IMG/VR virus record: IMGVR_UViG_3300037311_000450
Coordinates: 1 to 26,260 of that record
Strand: one strand, 5' to 3'
DNA length: 26,260 nt
Origin: a virus
Lineage: Duplodnaviria; Caudoviricetes
This document shows positions 7,661-17,500 of this stretch, one piece after another (the first letter of the stretch is position 1; every line of letters begins with the position of its first letter). The translations under genes were made by a program, and so were the position numbers. The notes under the pieces are model-generated. The model searched no databases. It was given only the letters and a program-made list of their open reading frames with translations, and was not told the DNA's origin.

Positions 7661-9075
7661 CCCGCCAGCGCGTGACTTTCGACCGCTTTGACAAAGGGAT
7701 GGACGTGCGCAAGCGCGCAAGTGTGGCCGATGCTAACCGGTTGCAGGTGTTGGAGAACGCTTATGTGACTTCGGGCTATGCGGTGCGCAAGCGCCCGGGC
7801 TTGGTGAAGCGGTTTTCGATACCCAGCGGGGCGGTGGGCTTGCAGCAGGTGCAGGGCAAGGTGTTGGTGTTTCACCACCAGACCAGCGACAGTTATGCGG
7901 GTTTTGAGATGCTGGCGTTGCCGCACCCGAGCCAACCTGAATTGGCGTTGCGGGACGTGCCGTTTGCGCAAGTGTTTGATGGGTTTTTGTATTGCGTGGC
8001 GGTGTATGCCAACGGGACGATCTTTCACCACTATTTGGACGGCCAGACCCCGAGCGCGATTACCGACCCTAACAACCCACGCAGTTTGGCGGTGTGCATT
8101 ACCGGCGGCCATGTGTTTGCGGCGGCGGGCGAGGTGGTGCGCTTTTGTGCCCTAAGCGACCCGAACCGCGCTGGCAGTGGGGCGCGAGACTGGAGCAGCC
8201 CGCGCTTGGCGGGCTTTTTGCCGACCGGCAACAACCGCACCGGCACCACGCTTTGCACGGCGCTGGGGGTGTATCGACGTAGCCTTGCGGTGGCTTTTTC
8301 CGACGGGCTGCAACTGTGGCAGGCCGACCCCGACCCGAACAACATGCGGTTGATCAGCAACGTGGAAAGCAGTGGCAGCCGCTACCCACGGACGATGCGG
8401 GCGGCGTTTAACGATTTGTTCTATTTGGGCGATGGCGGCTTTAAGAGCGTGAGCGTGCAGGGCAGCGATTTGGTGGAGCGCGAAAGCGACGTGGGCGCGC
8501 CGGTGGACAAGCTGATTTTGCAGAGCTTGCGGACACTGAAAGGCCAAGTGCCGGTGTTTAGCGCTTTTTACGCCAAGGCCGGACAGTATTGGACGGTGAT
8601 CGGTGACGACGTGTGGGTTTATACGTATAGCCGCACCAGCCGTTTGGCGGCGTGGAGCCGCTATACCTTCCCGCTTCGGATCACGGCCATGACCGAGCTG
8701 AACGGGACGTTGTTGATTCGCAGTGGCAGCGACTGTTTCACGCTGGACGACGAGGCGACCACCGACGACGGGGTGCTGATTTTGGTGCGGATGCTGATGC
8801 CGTTTTTGGATTTTGGCGCGCACGGGTTGGCGAAGCAGATACAGGGCTTTGATGTGGTGATTGAGGGCGTGGCAAACGTGCGCTTTCGCTACGACCCGAA
8901 CCGGCCTGAACTGCACAGCACACCGGTGCAATGCGGTGGTGACACGCGGGTGAACCGGATGCACCCGGTGGAGATTGTGACCACCAGCATTGCGCCGGAG
9001 TTTTTGCACGAGCGGGCCGAAGCGTTTCAGCTTGATCAGTTGATTTTGTTCTTTAACAGTTTGGGGCCGGTGTAA
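7657..9075 (+). CDS. Putative tail nozzle (tail tubular protein B / P22 gp10-like beta-propeller)
   Basis: ATGA overlap with the upstream gene; beta-rich 472 aa; LENAYV..GYAVRKRPGL at the N-terminus and AAWSRY near the C-terminus. Confidence 0.7.
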   Translation: MTRQRVTFDRFDKGMDVRKRASVADANRLQVLENAYVTSGYAVRKRPGLVKRFSIPSGAVGLQQVQGKVLVFHHQTSDSYAGFEMLALPHPSQPELALRDVPFAQVFDGFLYCVAVYANGTIFHHYLDGQTPSAITDPNNPRSLAVCITGGHVFAAAGEVVRFCALSDPNRAGSGARDWSSPRLAGFLPTGNNRTGTTLCTALGVYRRSLAVAFSDGLQLWQADPDPNNMRLISNVESSGSRYPRTMRAAFNDLFYLGDGGFKSVSVQGSDLVERESDVGAPVDKLILQSLRTLKGQVPVFSAFYAKAGQYWTVIGDDVWVYTYSRTSRLAAWSRYTFPLRITAMTELNGTLLIRSGSDCFTLDDEATTDDGVLILVRMLMPFLDFGAHGLAKQIQGFDVVIEGVANVRFRYDPNRPELHSTPVQCGGDTRVNRMHPVEIVTTSIAPEFLHERAEAFQLDQLILFFNSLGPV

Positions 9076-9827
9076 TGGGATTGTTTCGTCGGGTGTTGCG
9101 GGTGGCCGCGCCGTTTTTTGATGCGTTGGGTTTGACCAACGGCAAACCTAGCGGTGACGGCGGTTTGATTGAAGCGCAGGCGCGCGAGGCGCAGCAGCGC
9201 CGCAACCAAAACATCGACCGTGTGAGTGCGTTGTTTGGAGTGCAAAGTGGGTTGAGTGCGCGCCCCAACAGCCCTGAGGCGTTGGCTTTGCAGCAAGAGG
9301 CCGAGGCCAACCGTGCCAGCCGCGAGGCGCTGTATGGCCGGACGACTTTGGGCTTGCGGCAGTTGTTGTTGAACGATGCCAACCAGCAAAAAGAGACCGC
9401 CGACCGCAACTTGCTTTTTAGCTTGGCGCGCCGTGGCTTGCGCGGGGGCAGCGTGGATGTGGACAGCAACAACGATTTGCGCCGTGGCTACGAGCGGGGG
9501 TTGTTGCGTATTGCCGACCGTGAGAACGGCTTGCGCCAGCAGTTGCGCGGCCAAGACGAGCAGACCCTTCAGACCCTGATTGGGCAGATCAACGCGGGCT
9601 TGGACAGCCAGACCGCGTTGCAGGCGGCGAACCAGCAGTTGCAGGGCAACGTGCGGGATGCCGAGCGCACGGCGTATGCGACGGCCTTGGGCAGTTTGTT
9701 TGCGGGCGCGGGTGAAGGGGTGACGGCGCAGGCTGAAAACCAAGGGCGGGTGGCGGCGCGGGGCTTTGTGCCGACGCTGCCAAGTGTGAGCAACGTGCCG
9801 TATTACGGCCGGGTGGGGGGAACTTAA
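9075..9827 (+). CDS. Putative internal virion/ejection protein
   Basis: TAATG coupling; helical, Gln/Ala-rich; LARRGLRGGSVD motif; follows the nozzle gene. Confidence 0.6.
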   Translation: MGLFRRVLRVAAPFFDALGLTNGKPSGDGGLIEAQAREAQQRRNQNIDRVSALFGVQSGLSARPNSPEALALQQEAEANRASREALYGRTTLGLRQLLLNDANQQKETADRNLLFSLARRGLRGGSVDVDSNNDLRRGYERGLLRIADRENGLRQQLRGQDEQTLQTLIGQINAGLDSQTALQAANQQLQGNVRDAERTAYATALGSLFAGAGEGVTAQAENQGRVAARGFVPTLPSVSNVPYYGRVGGT

Positions 9828-10565
9828 ATGGCACTGCCTTTGATTGCGTTGGCGGCGTTGGCCGGATCGGCGGTTTTGAACGCCATGAACACGCGCCGCA
9901 CGGCGCGGGCACAGCAGGGCTTGGCGGAGGCTGGACAGCGCGAAGTGGAGGCGTTGCAGGGCCAGCGGTTGCAAGTGCTGAAAGAGGCGGCGGACGGCTA
10001 TGGCGGGGCGGCGCAAACGCAAGGCTACGACCAGGCCGAAGCCAACGCTTTGAGCCAATACGCTGCGGCCTTGAATGGCGGGCGGCAGACGGCGGTGGAG
10101 ATGCGGCCAGCGGTGTGGACGGGCGGCGGACGGGCAAGCGATGCCTTTTTGCAATACCGAGGCCAGCAGGTGGCAGAGCAGCAGGCGGAAAACGACGATT
10201 ACGCGGGCTTTTTGGCGACGGTGCGCGGGAATGAAGATGCGCGCTTTGACGACCGCTTGCGCCTGAGCCGTGCTTTGAACTTGGGCAGCATGTTGGCGGA
10301 AGGGGCGCGCCAGCGGCAGTTGGCGACGCAGGCGGCAGTGCAAAGCGTGCGACCCAATACGCGCATGGCGTTGGCGGCCAATTTGTTGGGGGCGGCGGGA
10401 TCGGCGGGTTTGGGGGCGGGCGGTTTGGGCGGTGCAGCACCGGCGGCCACCAGCCAGCCGTTGGCTATGTCGCCACTGGGAGCGTTTAGCCCCGTGACCA
10501 ACACCACGCCGTTGCAAAGCACCAGCAATGGCTTTTTTGCCAATGCTTTACGGGGAGGCAAATAA
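9828..10565 (+). CDS. Putative ejection (pilot) protein
   Basis: Hydrophobic N-terminus MALPLIALAALAGSAV, helical core and Gly/Ala-rich C-terminal segment, as in small podovirus ejection proteins. Confidence 0.6.
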   Translation: MALPLIALAALAGSAVLNAMNTRRTARAQQGLAEAGQREVEALQGQRLQVLKEAADGYGGAAQTQGYDQAEANALSQYAAALNGGRQTAVEMRPAVWTGGGRASDAFLQYRGQQVAEQQAENDDYAGFLATVRGNEDARFDDRLRLSRALNLGSMLAEGARQRQLATQAAVQSVRPNTRMALAANLLGAAGSAGLGAGGLGGAAPAATSQPLAMSPLGAFSPVTNTTPLQSTSNGFFANALRGGK

Positions 10566-10567
10566 CG

Positions 10568-11557
10568 ATGGCGACCAATTACGCAGGCTTGGAACAGGGT
10601 TTGGGGACGCTGGTGAAAGCGTTGGTGGGGCGCGGTGGGGCGCAAGAAAAAGGGCGCTTGGAAGCCGAAAAGCAGCAAATGGAAAACCAGTACTTGCAAG
10701 CGCGGGTGCTGACCGAACAGGCGCAAGGCCGGAAATACACCGGCGAAGCCAGCCGCGAGGCTGAACAGTTTGAGACTGCAAAAACCCGCCGGACGAAGGC
10801 GGTGCAGGGCTTGTATGCCGATGCGGTGCGCGGCGACCCCGTGGCTTTGCAGGCGGTGCAACAGGCGCTGGACACCAACGGCGATGTGTTGGGGGCGACC
10901 CCCGAGCCATATCGACGGGACATGAAGCGGACGTTGGAGTTTGTGCGCTTGCTGGATTTGGGCAAAGACAGCACGCCGGATAACTTGGCGCAAGCCTTGC
11001 GCGATGTGCAGGACAGGCAGCAAGGGACGTTTAAGGTGCAGGGCGGCTACCGGATCAACGACGTGAGCGGGGAAACGGTGGCGACCCCGACGGCGTTGTC
11101 TCAGGTGCAGTTGGATAAATCGCGGGCGGCGGCGGCGGCTTTGGGGGCGAAGAGCGGGGCGGCGGCGGACTATGCCCGCGCCAATGCCAGCAATGCCAGC
11201 GCGGCTTACACCAACGACCGACGGGCAAACCCTACGCGGTATCGGGGCGGGCGAAAAGACGAGGGTTTCAGCACGGCGCAAGAGATTCAGTTGGCAACCA
11301 AAGACTATGAAGCGCAATACCCGACCGACAAATTCAGCGGCAAGCGCCCTGAAGGTGCGCCGTTGCCAAGCCCTTACATTGAAGAACAAATTCGCAAACG
11401 ACGCGCGGCGCGGAAGCCAGCGACACCTACTGCGGCACCCACCACTGCACCCAGCACCGCGCCAGCCTCTAAAAAAGGCGCGTTTAAGATGTATCAAGAC
11501 AAGCAAGGCCGTCGGGCGAAGGTGTATGCCGATGGCAGTTATGAGGTGGTGCAGTAA
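10568..11557 (+). CDS. Putative ejection protein
   Basis: RBS ggagg; Ala/Gln-rich helical protein with a Pro/Thr linker and a small C-terminal beta-hairpin-like domain; TAATG coupled to the giant gene. Confidence 0.6.
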   Translation: MATNYAGLEQGLGTLVKALVGRGGAQEKGRLEAEKQQMENQYLQARVLTEQAQGRKYTGEASREAEQFETAKTRRTKAVQGLYADAVRGDPVALQAVQQALDTNGDVLGATPEPYRRDMKRTLEFVRLLDLGKDSTPDNLAQALRDVQDRQQGTFKVQGGYRINDVSGETVATPTALSQVQLDKSRAAAAALGAKSGAAADYARANASNASAAYTNDRRANPTRYRGGRKDEGFSTAQEIQLATKDYEAQYPTDKFSGKRPEGAPLPSPYIEEQIRKRRAARKPATPTAAPTTAPSTAPASKKGAFKMYQDKQGRRAKVYADGSYEVVQ

Positions 11558-14500
11558 TGGACTTTGACTTTGCCAGCGCCAAAGAAGTGGCGGATGACTT
11601 CGACTTTGCCAGTGCTAAACCCGTCGAGCCGACCAAGCCAACCAACGAGCGCATCCCGCTGGCAGGTTTGGCGCAAGTGTTGCGCCTTGCACAACCCGAA
11701 CCGGCACCGGCTTACCCGAACCGCATGCCAGCCATGCCGCGAGAGCGCCAGCGGGTCACGGATGCACCGGCGAAAGTGCCGGGATTGTTGAGCACGTTTT
11801 GGAACAGTGCCAAAGCTGGAGCCTCGCAAGCGACGACCGGCCTGCCTATGGTGTATGGCGGGGTGGTGGATGGCTTGGCAAAGGGTGCGCGCTTGGTGGG
11901 CGCGGACGGCGCGGCAGCGGCTTTGCAAGAACACGCGGACGACAGTTTTGATTTGACTACCGGCTTGGTGCGTAGCACGCAGGATTTGCAGGCCGAAGCG
12001 GCTTTGGATGACAGCGTGGGCGGCAAAATTGCCAGTGTGTTGGGTGGCCTGACCACGGGCTTGCCTGCTTTTATCTACACCGCTGGACAAGCGCCAGTTT
12101 TGGGGCGCGATGCCCAGTTGATAGCCGACGGGGTGGACGCAGGCACGGTGGGCAAATACCACGCCATAGCCAGCCCGTTGAGCGCGCTGATGTTGAAAGC
12201 GCCGATGGCTTTGCCGGTACCGAGCTTGGCGGCGCGAATGGCGACAGGCGCGATGCTTAACGCAGGCATCATTGGCCCGACGATGCGGGCGGCAGAGAAC
12301 GCAGCGTTGGGGGATGAATACCCAGAGCAGCATCAACCGCTATTCAGCCCTGAAACCACGACCACGGAAGCCTTGATTGGTGGCGGCTTTGCCAAGTTCG
12401 CGCCCAAGAGCCGACCAGAGTTTGTGGACAGCTTGCAGTTGCCGAATTGGATGCGACGCAAGGCCAGCGACCCTTTGCCGGAAACCACCTCCGCACCAGA
12501 CACGGTTGTTGCCCCCGAACGCACCGAAGAATGGAACAACGCGCCCGGCGACATCTTGCCAGCCGCACCGCAACCGCCGCGACCTGCCCCCGCACCAGCA
12601 CCGCGCCGCGCACCACCCCCCGCTGAAGTGCAGCAAGGCGGACGGGCGACGGCAGAAAATGCGCCGCTGAACTTGGCAGACATGCCCGACAGCGTGCCGG
12701 TGCAGCGGGCGGCAGAGGCCGACTTTAGCGCCGTGCAGGGCTTGGTCGGACAGCGCACGCGGATTACCGACCCGACGGGGGCAAAGCACGAACCCGAATG
12801 GCGGGTGGTGGAGGCCGAGAGCTTGGCAACGCGGATAAACGAGGACGTGAACCAAGCGCGTGACCGCAACCGTGCCGCCAGCCAAGTGCAGATAGACAGC
12901 ATTGCCCGCGCCTTGGACTATGACTTGCTGAACAGCGCGCCGACCATGAACGACGGTGCGCCGGTGGTGGCGCAGGGCGGGGAGATTGTGGGTGGCAATG
13001 GCCGCGTGGCGGCGATCAAGAAAGCCTATGGTTTGGGGCTGGCAGACAACTACCGCGAGAGTTTGTTGGCGGACGCGGCCAGCAAGGGCATCGACCCCGC
13101 CAGCTTGGGCAGCTTTAAGCAGCCGGTGTTGGTGCGGGTGTTGCCGGAAGGAAGCAACGTGCGCGAGATGGCGCTGCTATCGAACGAAGGCGGCAGCTTG
13201 CAGATGAGCGCCCGTGAGCAGGCAAAGGTGGACGGTGAACGCTTGGGGGACATTCAAGGCTTGAAAATTACCGACAACGGGGATTTATACAACGCCGACA
13301 ACTTGCCGTTTTTCCGACGCTTGGTGCAACAGACCCCAATCGCCCAACGCGGCGGATTGACCGATGCAGAAGGCAACATCAGCAACGAAGGCCGTGGCCG
13401 CTTGCGCAACGCGGTATTGCACCGCGCCTATGGCGACACGGACGTATTGACCCAGATCATCGAAAGCCCCGAGCCCGACAGCCGGAACTTGGTCAATGCT
13501 TTGGTGCGCGCCGCGCCGCGCTTTGCCGGCCTAAAGCAGGGCATGGCAAAAGGCGACGTGTATAACGCCGACATCGTGCCAGACCTGTTGGTGGCGGTGA
13601 ACGAATACGGGAAGATGCTGGATAAGGGTTTGAAGGTGCGCGAGTATTTGGCGCAAATGGATGCTTTTAACCAGTTGCGACCCGAGACCCAGCAACTGTT
13701 GCAATACATAGCCAGCAACGTGCGCAGCGCGAAGAAGCTGTGGGTGTTGTTGGATGAATATGCCAACGTGTTAGAAGCCTATGGCAACCCGAAACAAGCC
13801 GATGCTTTTGGCGATGTTCCTCAACCCACCCCAGCCGACGTTTTGACCTATGCCAAGCAACGAGTTAGCCAACAAGCCCAGCCTGCCCCCACCAACCGAA
13901 CCGCAGCAGAAAGCCGCGATGGCGCTGATCCGCGTGGGGCAGAAGCTGGAGCAAAACCCGCAGACGGTGGCAACTTTGATGGAGCGGATTTGGGTGCGGG
14001 AGATGCGCGAGATGCGGGGCGGGTAGCGCCACCGGATGATGTGTTTTTTAGTCGGAGTGAAAACGACCGCGACTACCAAGACTACGCCGATCAGCCTTGG
14101 CTAGACGGCAGAACCGCGCAACCCAAAGAACTGACCCCTGAACAACTGGCAGAGGTGCGCTACAAACTGCGCACGCCGGATGATGTGTGGGAAGACTTAT
14201 TCCCCGCCTTTGACCGACCAACCCAGAGCCAGTTGAAAACCTTGGTGGACAAGGTGTTGGCGGATGTGACCAACGGCAAGATCAAGACCGAAGAGGCGGT
14301 ATCTAAAATTGCGGGGATGATGCAAGTTGCCAAGGCAAACACCAGACACCAGCGCGAGCTAAAGGCCGACCGAGACAATGTGCGGGGAGCGGATTTTGTT
14401 CGTGAGAAATTGTTCAATGCCCGACGCACTGACAAACTTGCCAACCCTGAAATTATCGACTTTACGCTGTGGCTGATAGACAAAAACCCTGCCCTTGCCA

Positions 14501-17500
14501 ATGATTTGGGTTTGAGCATCCGTAACAGCACCCGTGCCGATGGCAACAACGACGGCAATTATTCGCCGGGCGAACGGCTTATTACGATCTTCAGGGATGC
14601 CCGAAACATTGACACCGGTGTGCACGAGCTTTTGCACCACACCGAGCGGATGTTGCCAGATGCAATTCAGGCGGGGATTGACAAGCTGCACTTGCAACGG
14701 ATGTTTGATGGCATAGAGCAAGCGCGCCGAGACGGTAGATACGACCGCGTGGCAGCTTTGGACACTTTGCTGAAAATGCAAATGTCGCCAAACAAAGAGC
14801 GGCGGGCGTTTTATGAAAGCGCGGTGAGAAGCAAAGCCTTGACCGGCGCGGATTATCAGTTTTTCAATTCGAGCGAGTTTTGGGCAGTGAACGGCACGTC
14901 TTTGTTAAAGGCGCGTTGGTCTGCTCAAAATGCCGGATGGTTGGCGAAAGCCAGAAACTGGCTTTTGGAATTACGCGAAAAGGCCAAGTCGGTTTTGGGC
15001 TTGGATTCTAACAACGCGGTGATCAAGGGCTTGGATTTTCTCAATGAAGCCGATGGAAGGTATCAGCCCAGACAGGGGTCTATTGCCAGCAGAAGCAGTT
15101 TGAAAGAGGGTATTGAGCCGCTTTATAGTTTCTCTGACAACCTGCGCGAGTTTGGCGATGACATGCGCAGTGCTGGCGAACACCTTGGCGACGCTTGGAA
15201 AAACCGCAGCATTCTAAAAACCAAGCCCAAGTTTGAGGTGGACGAAAAAGGCCGTCCGGTACTGCTACCGGAGACCACCCGAGATTGGTGGCAGCGCAAG
15301 TATCAAGACCGGTTCAACCGTGCACAGCGAGCGCAAGACGCGGTGGAAGCCACCGGCCAGACAGTGCGCGACGAGGCGGACATGCGCGGGATGGAAACCC
15401 TGTTTTACGGCAAAACCGCCGACCGCATTGAACGGGAAGTAACGCGGTTTGTGGAGCCGCTGAAACAAGACTTGCGCGACAGCAAGGTGAGCGTGGAGGA
15501 TTTAAGCACCTTCATGAACTTTCGGCACACACCGGAGCGCAATGCGCAGATTGCCAAGTTTTATGGGTTGGCAATTCGACCTAACGGAACGATTGGGTTG
15601 GACGGCTTGCGACCAGAATTAAGCTTTGTTGCCAAGGGCATTAACAAGAGCAACCGCGATGCCGAGAGCTATTTGGCGGCGCTAGACCCGGCCTTGCGTG
15701 AAAAATACGAGCCGTTGGCCGAGCGGGTGTATGACATTTTGAAGCGTAAGCAGTCGATTCAGCAGAACTTTGGTTTGCTAGACCAAAAGGTGATCGACGC
15801 ACAAAACGCGGCTTATAAATACTACGTGCCGATGAAAGCCTTTGACCCCACCGAGCCGGTGGCCAAGGGCAAAAGCAGCGGCTTTGACGTGCGCGGGCCG
15901 GAAAACAAGCGGGCGTATTTTTGGGGCAGTGAACGCTTTAACAGCGTGGCTCAGGCGGTGGCGGATTTGAACGGGGCGGTGGCGCGGGCAAGCAAGGCCG
16001 AAGTAGGGCGCAGCGTGTTGCAGTTCAGCCTTGACCACCCAGACGTGCGCTTGAGCAATGGCCGCAAGTTAATGGAGGTGATTGAGCCCAGCGACCAAAA
16101 ACTTTGGAAATGGCAAGAGGACCCGATCACCAAAAAACAGGTGTTTGCGCTTGACCCCATGTGGGCTAAAGACGCGGTGATGGTGAAACACGGTGGCAAA
16201 GAAACCGCCTTAAAAATTAACGACCGTGTGTTGTTGAGCCAGATACGGCGCATGGGCGAAGCCGACATGCCGAAGTGGTTGCAGACCGTGGGCACCGGCA
16301 CCCGCGCCATGGCCGCGCTGAACACCAGCCTTAGCCCCGATTTTTGGCTGACTAACTTTATTCGTGACTTGCAAAGCGCGGGGATTAACAACCTTGCCGA
16401 TGGATCGCCGGTGAGCACGCGGGCGATTGTGGCCGACGCAGGCAGGGCGATGAAGGGGGTGTTTTTGCGCGAGGCACTGGGGCGCGACGGCGGAGAGTGG
16501 CAACGCTGGTATGACGATTACAAGGCCAACGGCGGCCAAACCGGTTTTTATGGCTTGCAGAACCCCGACGTGATTTTGAGGGACATCCGTGGCGATTTGG
16601 AACGCTTGGGCGATGGCTTGGGCGACCGGACTTACCGTGGCGCGCAGCGGGTGGGGGATTTGGTGCAGGCGGTGAACGCTAGCTTTGAGAATGCCTTGCG
16701 CTTGGCGGCTTACAAGAACGCGGTGCAGGCCGGTTTGACCCGCCACAAGGCGGCCAAGATGGCGAAGGAAATTACCGTGAACTTTAACAAGCGCGGTGAG
16801 GCAGGGGCGGTGCTGAACAGTTTGTATATGTTCTTCAACGCCGCCGTGCAGGGCAACGTGCGCAGCGTGGGGGCGGTGATGAAGAGCCGCACCGCGCAGG
16901 TGGTAATGGCTAATTTGATGTTGTTGGGGGCGGCCACCGGTTTGATGAACAGTATGTGGGGCACCGACGAGACCGGCGTGCGGCACGTGGACAAGATCAG
17001 CCCGTATGTGCGCGAGCGCAACGTGGTGTTGATGTTTGCGCCTGATCAGTACGTGAAGATTCCTTTGCCGTATGTTTTCAACAGTGCTTACGTGTTGGGC
17101 GACCGGATGGTGAGCGCCCAGCAAACCGGCGAGTGGGGCAACAACATGGCGGCGGTGGTGAAGAGCTTGGCCGGAGCCATTGACCCGTTTGGGGTGTTGC
17201 AGAGCACCAGCGGGGAGGGTTCGCGCAGCGTGGTGGCGGGTTTAGCCCCGAGCGTGCTTGACCCAGTAGCGCAACTGGCCATGAACGAGAACGCCTTTGG
17301 CGGAAAAATTGTGCCGCAACACTTGCTGGACGAACGTGGCCGGCCCGACAGCCAGAAGTTCAATGGCAAGACATGGCCGTGGTTGAAGGATGCAGCCGAG
17401 CGGGTGAATGCTTTGAGCGGCGGCAATGAGTGGCGGGAGGGTGAGGTGGATTTAAGCCCAGCGGCTGTGCAGCATATTGTGGAGAGCTATTCGGGCGGGA

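Noticed and set aside
296-11506. Many long minus-strand ORFs (e.g. 1058-2485, 1920-3074, 6506-7720, 9036-10517, 10199-11506)
   Set aside because: They mirror coupled + strand phage genes and are expected from high GC and codon bias; no motifs or RBS support.
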